Shown piece after piece: positions 27,256 to 34,606 of a DNA stretch of 34,773 bases. Under the pieces are notes generated by a model. That model searched no databases. It was not told the origin of the DNA and saw only the letters and a program-made list of their open reading frames with translations. How positions within the stretch are numbered: position 1 is the stretch's first letter; each line of letters opens with the position of its first letter. Location of the stretch: positions 1 through 34,773 of the forward strand of contig PFOA01000041.1 in NCBI GenBank assembly GCA_002792275.1. Direction: 5' to 3'. Made by a program: the position numbers and the translations under genes. The stretch comes from Candidatus Saccharibacteria bacterium CG_4_10_14_0_2_um_filter_52_9. GTDB lineage: Bacteria > Patescibacteriota > Saccharimonadia > Saccharimonadales > UBA4665.

Positions 27256-27783
27256 TCATCTGTTAGGCGGGAATCCTACAAAGTTAAAATGCCACCATTC
27301 ATACGGCCAGACAACAAAGCCGGCTTCCTTCATAAACTCTTTGAGGAGTTTGCGATTCATCTGCTGTTGCCAGCTCAAGCCTTCGGCGCCATCGTGGGCT
27401 TCGGAGCCGAAACGATCAAAACCGGTGGCCATGTCTAAGAGATTGCCATTCTTATCGGCTAGTGTTACATCAACCGCCAAGCCCTTGGGGTGCATGGATT
27501 TATCCGGATCCAGTACATAGTTATCTGGCCCTTTATGGAAGGCTACCAATTTATTATGTGCCTCAACTGGTCGGTGGGCATCCCACACAACCAGAAAAAG
27601 TCCCGGTTTGATCATTAGCTGAGCCGCATAGGCCAAGGCATAGGCCGCCGGCTCTAAGAGCTTAGCCACAGTGTCTTCGCCGGTGTATAGAACCTCGCCC
27701 GTAAAGTTATCGGACGTGGCATATTTGAGGTCGACAATAGTGCCTTCGGGCAGTAAAGGCGTGAGCTCTCGAAGTTGTTTCAT
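27256..27783 (-). CDS. D-alanyl-D-alanine dipeptidase (VanX/DdpX, peptidase M15D)
   Basis: SMHPKGLAVDVTL (SxHxxGxAxD zinc motif) and YEWWHFNF (catalytic Glu and His ligand). Confidence 0.8.
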   Translation of the reverse strand: MKQLRELTPLLPEGTIVDLKYATSDNFTGEVLYTGEDTVAKLLEPAAYALAYAAQLMIKPGLFLVVWDAHRPVEAHNKLVAFHKGPDNYVLDPDKSMHPKGLAVDVTLADKNGNLLDMATGFDRFGSEAHDGAEGLSWQQQMNRKLLKEFMKEAGFVVWPYEWWHFNFVGFPPNR

Positions 27784-27786
27784 GGT

Positions 27787-28962
27787 TCAGAACTGTTGAA
27801 GATAGTTGGTGCTGAAGGTGGTCGTTAAGGCCTGGCGCTGGGTGTGGCGTTCTTTGGCGTAGCCTACTAGCTTTTGGACTAACTCGACGTTGCTGACGCC
27901 GGCGCGGTTCCAGTTGTGGGCGTAGAGGTCGCCGGGCAAAGGGTTAATCTCGTTAAAGTAGATGCGCTTGGTTTTTTCATCGATCAGCATGTCTACCCGG
28001 GCAACGCCGCTACAGCCAAAGGCTTTGTAGATCGCCACACCGATAGCCTCGGCCCTGACGTAGACTTCCTCTGGTACTTCGGCTGGGATCTTGCTGTAGC
28101 CCTGGGCGCCTTTGGAACCCTTAGACCCGCCCTTGCCTTTGCCCTTTTTGCCGCCCTGCAGATACTTGGTGTCAAAATCAAAGAAATCCTCGGGCTTGGT
28201 CATTGGCTGTTCCAGCATGGCCGGTTTTGGCCGGTCGTTACCCATAATCGGCAAGGTGACTTCAATCAAGTTAGGAATGGCCTCCTCGACTATTACGCGG
28301 TCGTCATAGTGGGCGGCGACTTCCAGGCCGTGGCGCAGTTCGGTGTCGTTCCTGACCTGGCTGATACCGATGCTCGAGCCCAGGTGAGCCGGCTTAACAA
28401 ATAATGGGTAGCCTAGGGTTTTCACGATGTTTTTCACAGCTTCGCCGGGCTGGCGCTCCAGCTCGGCTTTGGTGAAGGTCATAAACTTGGAAACCGGAAT
28501 GTCATTGGCGGTAGCGACTTCTTTGGCCAGGACTTTGTCCATGGCAATGGCGCTGGCGCTCAGTCCACAACCCACATAAGGAATGCCGGCCATATCCAGC
28601 AGACCCATCAGGGCGCCATCTTCGCCGTAAGTACCGTGCATGGCCGGAAAAGCGATGTCAATCCGGCGCGTTTGCTTGCGGCCGGCAATGCCGCTGGCCT
28701 TAACCAGGGTCATGCCACCGTCGAACTGAACGCTAGTGGGCTGGGTGCGATGCAGGTAATCCTGGATACCGCCCGAGGTAAACAGTTTGATGTCCTTGAG
28801 TTTTTCGTCCCAGTACCAGGCACCGTCTTTGGCTATATAGACTGCCTCTACCCGGTATTTTTTAGTTAATTCCAGGGGCTTAATAATGCTGGCCAGCGCC
28901 GTTACGATCGATACGTCATGCTCGGCCGATCGTCCGCCGAAAATTACTGCGATTGTTTCCAT
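27787..28962 (-). CDS. ddl: D-alanine--D-alanine ligase with a Gly/Lys-rich insertion in the omega-loop
   Basis: IAVIFGGRSAEHDVS N-terminus, ATP-grasp blocks (YPLFVKPAHLGSSIGIS, FFDFDTKY, EINPLPG). 391 aa. Confidence 0.92.
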   Translation of the reverse strand: METIAVIFGGRSAEHDVSIVTALASIIKPLELTKKYRVEAVYIAKDGAWYWDEKLKDIKLFTSGGIQDYLHRTQPTSVQFDGGMTLVKASGIAGRKQTRRIDIAFPAMHGTYGEDGALMGLLDMAGIPYVGCGLSASAIAMDKVLAKEVATANDIPVSKFMTFTKAELERQPGEAVKNIVKTLGYPLFVKPAHLGSSIGISQVRNDTELRHGLEVAAHYDDRVIVEEAIPNLIEVTLPIMGNDRPKPAMLEQPMTKPEDFFDFDTKYLQGGKKGKGKGGSKGSKGAQGYSKIPAEVPEEVYVRAEAIGVAIYKAFGCSGVARVDMLIDEKTKRIYFNEINPLPGDLYAHNWNRAGVSNVELVQKLVGYAKERHTQRQALTTTFSTNYLQQF

Positions 28963-29066
28963 GCAATTAGTATATGCAATTCATTACTACAATTACAAGA
29001 ATCACAAGTCGCTCGTGCTTGCATTTACCCCTTAATGCCCCCTATGATAGTAAGACTTTAAAGGTA

Positions 29067-29480
29067 ATGAATATGAAGAACGGGCAACCGGAAGTAGTTA
29101 TGTACGAAGGCCTAGTCGTCAGCGAGCCCATGGCGGCTGCGAGGCTGGTTGCTCAGGAATTCAAATTTGTCACGCTTGGATTCGATTACCCGCATCATGC
29201 CGCCAAAGCACTCAGCACCGACACCGACGCGGTTGTCACCATCCTCAATCCGTTTGATCTTAATGCCCCCGAGATAAGCCCTGACATTGTGGACTTTTTA
29301 GAAAAGGTGCATGAGTTAAAAGTCCCCGTGGCTTACCTCTCCGACCACCTTGATGCAGAAGATCAAAGTAGGCCCGAGAACGGTGATATTGTTATACCTT
29401 GGGAAAGTCAATTGAATGTGGGGCTTAGCCTTCGTCCCTGGCTGGGCAATATTGCCAGCAAGGCCCGCGCCCGGTTTTAG
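29067..29480 (+). CDS. Hypothetical cytoplasmic protein
   Basis: ATG 29067/29073 is preferred over the track start at 28974. No family recognised. Convergent with, and overlapping, the Mur-ligase stop. Confidence 0.5.
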   Translation: MNMKNGQPEVVMYEGLVVSEPMAAARLVAQEFKFVTLGFDYPHHAAKALSTDTDAVVTILNPFDLNAPEISPDIVDFLEKVHELKVPVAYLSDHLDAEDQSRPENGDIVIPWESQLNVGLSLRPWLGNIASKARARF

Positions 29481-30916
29481 GCGTAGTTGTCGGTCCAGTC
29501 GTTTTGCATGACCACCAGATCGCCGCTAGCCACGAAATGTTGCAGATTGGTGTAGAACTCCAGGGGATTGGTTTCGATCTGTAATTCGCCCTTGAACCTG
29601 CCTGCTTTCAGGCCTCTTTGGATAAAGTCGGTAACGGAATTTTGCATCAACACCACCAGATCGGGTTTGGCTGAGGCGATCAGCTTGCCGGCCTTGAGGT
29701 GGACGGCCTCGGTTTCTTCGCCTTGGTCTACCAGGCCGGGGGTAACGTAGATTTTGCGCTTGGCCTCCACGGCTTTGAGTAGCTCGGTGCCGGCACGCAG
29801 GCCCTCCAGGTTGCCGTTGTAGGTATCATCCACAATCCAGGCACCGCCCAGCTGGTAGGGCTGCATACGATGCTCAAAAGGCTCGGTTTTGGCAATGCCG
29901 GCCTTAACCTGGTCGTGGGTCAGCCCAAGTTCAATAGCCAGAGCGGCCGCCAGAGCCAGAAAACCAACCTGATGCTTGCCCACCAGACCGCTATGCAGTT
30001 TAAGCGAGTCTTTGCCCTTTTTCATAACAAAGCCGGTGCCATCGAGGCCGGTTTTGATGCGGGAAATCTTCCAGCCCAAGGCCGTTTTGCCGCTAAAGCG
30101 CTGGTAAGACTTTTTAATAAAGGGCTGGCTGTCCGGCGACTCGTCATTCACGTAAACCTGTTTGCCCTTGAGCTTGCCGGCAACCGAAAAAATATCCTGG
30201 CCGGCGGCCTGCAGGGTTTTGTAGCGATCCAGGTGAGCCGGCACCACACCGGTGATAACGGCGTGGGTGGGATGGGTCAGCCGGGTAAAGCGAGCCACGT
30301 CGCCGGGAGCGCCTTCGCCGTATTCAATAATCAACACATCTTCTTTGCCGGTCAGATTCTTGGCAAAGTTGGCATGGCTGATGCTGACATTTTTATTGGC
30401 CGGCGTGGCGGCAACGTCTAGCCCCTCGCCCAGCACGGTGTTCAGGATTTCTTTCATGGTGGTTTTGCCATAACTGCCGGCCACGGCGATTTTAACAGCG
30501 CCGTGCGCGGCAAAAACCCGCTCCGCGGCGGCAATTTGCTGTTGTTCGGCCGGCGCGCTGATAAACCAGCGGCCCAAAACCAGTGGTATAACCGCCAGAT
30601 GCGCCCAGATAATCGGGTAGCTCAGCATAAGTGCCGCTCCAAACAGCACACCGCCGGTCAAATCGCTGTACAAGCCCAGGTAAATCAGCCAGACTCCGGC
30701 CGCAATCTGCAGTAAGATGCCCAGGCGCAAAGCCAGCAGTAATAAACGGGCGGCCTTGGTTCTGTCTAGATCGCGGCGCTGGTTAACGGCCGTGAAGTTT
30801 TTGGTGCGCCAGACCCACTTTAGGTAAGGCTTTACCTGGTACTCGGTACTCTGCAACATATACACCAGCACTGTGGGGTAGCTCAGCAGGTAGATGCTGG
30901 CCAGCTCGTGGATCAT
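29477..30916 (-). CDS. Mur-ligase-family protein (MurF-like central and C-terminal domains) with an N-terminal multi-TM domain in place of the UDP-binding domain
   Basis: About 125 N-terminal residues with 3-4 hydrophobic helices. Then P-loop AVAGSYGKTTMKE and DDTYNGNLEG (the DxYNANP-type motif of MurF). The ATG overlaps the hydrolase stop (ATGA). Confidence 0.75.
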   Translation of the reverse strand: MIHELASIYLLSYPTVLVYMLQSTEYQVKPYLKWVWRTKNFTAVNQRRDLDRTKAARLLLLALRLGILLQIAAGVWLIYLGLYSDLTGGVLFGAALMLSYPIIWAHLAVIPLVLGRWFISAPAEQQQIAAAERVFAAHGAVKIAVAGSYGKTTMKEILNTVLGEGLDVAATPANKNVSISHANFAKNLTGKEDVLIIEYGEGAPGDVARFTRLTHPTHAVITGVVPAHLDRYKTLQAAGQDIFSVAGKLKGKQVYVNDESPDSQPFIKKSYQRFSGKTALGWKISRIKTGLDGTGFVMKKGKDSLKLHSGLVGKHQVGFLALAAALAIELGLTHDQVKAGIAKTEPFEHRMQPYQLGGAWIVDDTYNGNLEGLRAGTELLKAVEAKRKIYVTPGLVDQGEETEAVHLKAGKLIASAKPDLVVLMQNSVTDFIQRGLKAGRFKGELQIETNPLEFYTNLQHFVASGDLVVMQNDWTDNYA

Positions 30917-31665
30917 GCCAGAAACTCCTTTATCAAAGCAAATACTTTTTCGGGTTGGTCCAAATGAACGAAGTGTTCGGAGTCGGCAATAATTTCCAGG
31001 CGCGAATTTTTAATAAGTTTGTGGTAAATCTGGCCGTCGCTGACCGGAACGGCTTTATCGTCGGCGGCGTAGATCAACAACGTCGGAACAGTAATGGTGG
31101 CGGCAGAGCGCTGTACATCCTGGCGCACAGTCTTTTTAAAGGTTTCCTGAAGCTGAGGAGCAACCAACATGTCCGAACCGGCTACGCCGTATAGGCTTTT
31201 GCGCAGACCCTGCCGGTAGCGCTCGGGCATCCACAGTGTGGCCACACTGCCGGTCTTGGCCAACACTTTCAGCACAGCTCGTTTAACCTTACTGCCGGTG
31301 CGCACACCCGAAGCCGCCAACAACACCAGTTTTTGCGGCTCAAGAGCCTGCAAGGCAATCGCCCGTACCGCCAGCGCTCCGCCGTTGCTGTGACCAACCA
31401 CTGCATAGGGCTGTCCAAGTTCCAATTTAGCCAAAAACGCGGCCACAAATTGCCCGTAATTATCAAGATTCCAGACCTCTTTAGGCGCCTGGGTAGCGCC
31501 AAAGCCAGGCAGATCCAGCGCGACAACCTGATGTTGCTTAGCCAGCTGGCCGGCCAGGTCTTTCAGCCCCTTAGCGCTGTCGCCCCAGCCGTGCAGTAAT
31601 AAGACCAATTTGCCCTTACCCTGAAGTTCGTAACTGGTCAGGAGATCATCAACAACAATTTGCAT
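30913..31665 (-). CDS. Alpha/beta-fold hydrolase
   Basis: LLLHGWGDS (oxyanion region), GHSNGG nucleophile elbow, C-terminal ...SEHFVHLDQPEKV. ATG 31665 is preferred because the track ORF extension runs through tRNA-Leu. Confidence 0.8.
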   Translation of the reverse strand: MQIVVDDLLTSYELQGKGKLVLLLHGWGDSAKGLKDLAGQLAKQHQVVALDLPGFGATQAPKEVWNLDNYGQFVAAFLAKLELGQPYAVVGHSNGGALAVRAIALQALEPQKLVLLAASGVRTGSKVKRAVLKVLAKTGSVATLWMPERYRQGLRKSLYGVAGSDMLVAPQLQETFKKTVRQDVQRSAATITVPTLLIYAADDKAVPVSDGQIYHKLIKNSRLEIIADSEHFVHLDQPEKVFALIKEFLA

Positions 31666-31697
31666 GTGCTTATTATAACTGAGTAAGGGACAAATTT

Positions 31698-31784
31698 TGG
31701 TGCGCGGGGTGGGAATCGAACCCACACGCCCTTTCGGGCACGACATTTTAAGTGTCGCTTGGCTACCAGTTACAACACCCGCGC
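31698..31784 (-). tRNA. tRNA-Leu (anticodon UAA), class II with a long variable arm, CCA encoded
   Basis: Folded by hand. Acceptor GCGCGGG/CCCGCGC, anticodon stem CGACA/TGTCG with loop CTTAAAA, variable arm TGCCCGAAAGGGCGT, T-arm GTGGG-TTCGATT-CCCAC, 3' ACCA. Confidence 0.9.
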
Positions 31785-32261
31785 TAAATGAACCTTCTTA
31801 TTTTTACCACGATGAGTGGGCTGAAGGCTATGGCAATTTGGGCAAAGTATGCGTAAATTTTCCAATCGGTTATCCTGTTTGTTGCCATTTATATGGTCAA
31901 GCTCGACCGGTATACGACCATCGACAGACAACTTTGCCCAGCCGCACAGTTCGCAAATGGGTGACTTCAGCCCTTTTGCAAACAATTTATGCTTGAGCTT
32001 ATAGCTTTGCACGCTACTGCCTGCAACCAACAGTTTCTCCAAAGGTACCGTTGATTTGAGCTGATACTTTGTTCCCGCATTCCAACCCTTACCCGTAAAA
32101 TGCTCGGTGCTCAATGCCAGTTCGTTGATACGACGTTTGACTTGGTCATAGTTGCCGCCCGCCGGTATCAGCCTTAGTTTCATCAGCACGCTACGATAAC
32201 TCTTTAGCATTGCAACGGCTTCGATCAGTTCACTATCCGTCCAGGAGCGCTTTGCACACAT
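31770..32261 (-). CDS. HNH endonuclease (homing-endonuclease-like)
   Basis: CELCGW...ELDHINGNKQDNRLENLRILCPNCHS HNH motif. The N-terminal WTDSELIEAV...GGNYDQVKRRINEL module is typical of free-standing HNH genes. AT-richer than its neighbours. Confidence 0.8.
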   Translation of the reverse strand: MCAKRSWTDSELIEAVAMLKSYRSVLMKLRLIPAGGNYDQVKRRINELALSTEHFTGKGWNAGTKYQLKSTVPLEKLLVAGSSVQSYKLKHKLFAKGLKSPICELCGWAKLSVDGRIPVELDHINGNKQDNRLENLRILCPNCHSLQPTHRGKNKKVHLARVL

Positions 32262-32312
32262 GATACAAGTGTACCATATACAATGTGTACCGGTTCCTGG
32301 TAATACAAATTA

Positions 32313-32386
32313 TGGAGGCACCTACGGGAATTGCACCCGTGTACGCGGTTTTGCAGACCGCTGCGTAACTACTCCGCCAAGGCGCC
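32313..32386 (-). tRNA. tRNA-Cys (anticodon GCA), CCA encoded, with an atypical T-loop
   Basis: Acceptor GGCGCCT/AGGTGCC, anticodon stem GCGGT/ACCGC with loop CTGCAAA, T-arm ACGGG-TGCAATT-CCCGT, 3' TCCA. Confidence 0.8.
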
Positions 32387-32446
32387 ATGCGGGAACAGGG
32401 CTATTATAGCCCATGGCGCTGGTGTTACGAAGTTGAACCTATTCTG

Positions 32447-32842
32447 CTAACGGTGGCGAAAGAATTGCGTCGTGCAACTTGTCTCGCGCGGATTCGCCGT
32501 CTCGACCTTCGCCGGTAATACGCAGATGGCCAGCCTTTGGGGGTCAATGCCCAGCTCCTTGGCGCGATCTAGCGGGCTGAGAGCACCGAAATCGGCTTCA
32601 CGAGGATCTTTTTCTCCATGAGGCACGCCTGTAATCTGCGTCGCCAGAAACTCTAGCGGATCTTCGGCTGGTAGTTTACTGCCGGCGCGAATGTTCACAA
32701 CCTCTGCGCCCTCTTCATAATCCTCCGGGGTACTACCACCAAGACCTGTAATCCCCCCGAGCCGACGTGTTCTTTCTATTCCAAGGCTTAGCCAAGCGCG
32801 AACTACATTTCCATTTGATCTATCATCAATTGTTTCACTCAT
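32447..32842 (-). CDS. Hypothetical protein (131 aa)
   Basis: Strong AGGAGG RBS 5 nt upstream of the ATG. No family recognised. Confidence 0.55.
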   Translation of the reverse strand: MSETIDDRSNGNVVRAWLSLGIERTRRLGGITGLGGSTPEDYEEGAEVVNIRAGSKLPAEDPLEFLATQITGVPHGEKDPREADFGALSPLDRAKELGIDPQRLAICVLPAKVETANPRETSCTTQFFRHR

Positions 32843-32912
32843 GCACGCCTCCTGTTTAGTAAGCCCTAACTCTACAGCTGTTAGACTGGTAGGACAGTAA
32901 TATATACCACTT

Positions 32913-33710
32913 ATGGCATTTACCCACTTCTCTCATAACGGCGCAATTTTGCCGATCGACCAGGCGGTCATTCCTCTGAGCAGTGTTGAATATTCCTACG
33001 GCTTCGGGGTTTACGAAACGATCCGGGTTTCCAAAGGCAAGATACATTTCCTGGAAGAACACTGCCAGCGCCTGATGGAGTCAGCCCGGATTCTGACGCT
33101 ACAGCATATTTTCACGAATGAATTTGTCGCCGATAGCGTCAAAGAGCTGGTAAAAAAGCTGGCCGCGGAAACCTGTAACATCAAGCTACTATTGGTTGGC
33201 GGCCCGACCAAAGAATCAGCCAACCTGTACATAATGGCTCTGAATCCGCTGTTCCCGGATCGCAAACTCTACAAAACCGGCGTGCATTGCATTACCGTTG
33301 AGTACCAGCGCGACTACCCGCACGCCAAAAGCCTGAACATGCTGCCCAGCTACCTGGCCTACCGCCAGGCCAAGTCAGCCGGCGCCTACGATGCCCTGTT
33401 AATCAATCGCCAAGGCAACATCACCGAAGGCACCCGCACCAACTTTTTGGCGCTAAAAGACAAAACCATTGTCTCGCCGCCCACAGCCGACATTCTGCTC
33501 GGTGTCGCCCGAGGCAAAGTTCTACAAGCCGCCAAAACCAGCGGCTTCAAAATCATTGAACAAGATATCAAGCCGGCAGACCTGGCTGGCTTTGACGCCG
33601 CCTTCCTCACCAGCACCTCATCAAAAATCATGCCTATTCGCAGTATCGACAACCACCAGTGGCCAGCCATTCCCGAAAATCTTAAGCAACTAATGTCTGC
33701 CTTCAACTAA
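32913..33710 (+). CDS. Class IV (fold type IV PLP) aminotransferase, D-amino-acid/branched-chain type
   Basis: YGFGVYETIRV, HAKSLNML (PLP-Lys context similar to the D-amino-acid transaminase IKSLNLL), EGTRTNFLALKD, LLGVARGKVL. Confidence 0.85.
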   Translation: MAFTHFSHNGAILPIDQAVIPLSSVEYSYGFGVYETIRVSKGKIHFLEEHCQRLMESARILTLQHIFTNEFVADSVKELVKKLAAETCNIKLLLVGGPTKESANLYIMALNPLFPDRKLYKTGVHCITVEYQRDYPHAKSLNMLPSYLAYRQAKSAGAYDALLINRQGNITEGTRTNFLALKDKTIVSPPTADILLGVARGKVLQAAKTSGFKIIEQDIKPADLAGFDAAFLTSTSSKIMPIRSIDNHQWPAIPENLKQLMSAFN

Positions 33711-33735
33711 AAACACCCCTTCTGGGATGTTTTTT
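33711..33735 (+). terminator. Rho-independent terminator candidate
   Basis: aaacacccc-ttct-gggatgttt stem (one mismatch) followed by a T-tract, immediately after the aminotransferase stop. Confidence 0.55.
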
Positions 33736-33830
33736 ATGCCCGCGGATCTTGCCCGCATGCCGGCACACTTTTAGTCTACGCCGCTCTCCATACTTAAACA
33801 GCGATAATTGTCACGTAATCCCGGATTTTG

Positions 33831-33858
33831 TAGACAAAAACGTTGTCGGTGCTACAAT
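33831..33858 (+). promoter_or_regulatory. Promoter candidate TAGACA-16 nt-TGcTACAAT
   Basis: -35 at 33831-33836, extended -10 ending at 33858. An AAGGAAGG RBS lies 7 nt before ATG 33887. Confidence 0.5.
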
Positions 33859-33886
33859 GAGGGTGACTAATAAGGAAGGTGTTACC

Positions 33887-34606
33887 ATGGCAACTGACCA
33901 AGCTCCCGAACCGACACAAACAAAGCCGGGCACGTCCAAAAGAAAATCTCTTAAACTAGCCGGCATGGTGGCGGCAGGGCTATTTGTACTGCTTCTGGTG
34001 ATCGGGCTTTTTGCCAATCCAGTAGCTAAGTATTCAACCTCCGACCTGGTTAGCGAAACCAAAGACAACATCAGCTATTCCCGGCCCAAGCAATGGGTAG
34101 ATGCCTCAAAGGTAGAAAAACTAAAGAAAGACTTTGGTTTGAGCTCAGGAAACGCATCAGTATTTAGCGATAAGATCGTACAAGATAAAAATGGTAACTC
34201 GCAAATCCCAACGGCCTTCGTGCTGTTCGGTAAAGCCAGCGATGCCTCAACTGACGTAACAGTCTTCAAAGATCCGGCCGTCAGGTCGCAATTTGAAAAA
34301 ACCATGGACACCTCGCTAACCCAGGATAGCTTTAAGTCCAACGAGTGTCGGTCGGTTAACGGTTTTTCCAAAAACTTTAACTACGACTATATTGGCTTCC
34401 CCGTTTCGGTAGCCCTTAAATTCAACTGCCAACTTTCTGACACCGAAAAAAAGAATCTTAAGTCCGACTCCATTGAAGTACGCATGGCCATAATCGTCGC
34501 CAAGAATGGCAATACTTACCTGTACGCCCTGTTTGCCAGCGACAAATCATGGGCCAAGAACGAACCCGTCTACCTGCAAATGATGAAAGACCTACACGGC
34601 AACTAG
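33887..34606 (+). CDS. Membrane-anchored extracytoplasmic hypothetical protein
   Basis: MATDQ... start with RBS. One TM helix (LAGMVAAGLFVLLLVIGLF) followed by a soluble beta-rich domain. No confident family. Confidence 0.6.
   Translation: MATDQAPEPTQTKPGTSKRKSLKLAGMVAAGLFVLLLVIGLFANPVAKYSTSDLVSETKDNISYSRPKQWVDASKVEKLKKDFGLSSGNASVFSDKIVQDKNGNSQIPTAFVLFGKASDASTDVTVFKDPAVRSQFEKTMDTSLTQDSFKSNECRSVNGFSKNFNYDYIGFPVSVALKFNCQLSDTEKKNLKSDSIEVRMAIIVAKNGNTYLYALFASDKSWAKNEPVYLQMMKDLHGN

Noticed and set aside
27256-28962. Interpreting ddl + vanX as a canonical vanHAX-type glycopeptide-resistance operon.
   Set aside because: No vanH-like dehydrogenase, vanRS or vanY/Z is adjacent. The ligase keeps the omega-loop Tyr typical of D-Ala-D-Ala ligases. 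The genes sit among housekeeping genes (guaA, leuS). Kept only as an unusual pairing.
31666-31746. N-terminal extension of the alpha/beta hydrolase ORF to 31746.
   Set aside because: The extension runs through the tRNA-Leu gene (its product would read ...GSIPTPRTK..., i.e. a translated T-arm). ATG 31665 has a TATAAT box 6 nt upstream and gives a normal hydrolase N-terminus.
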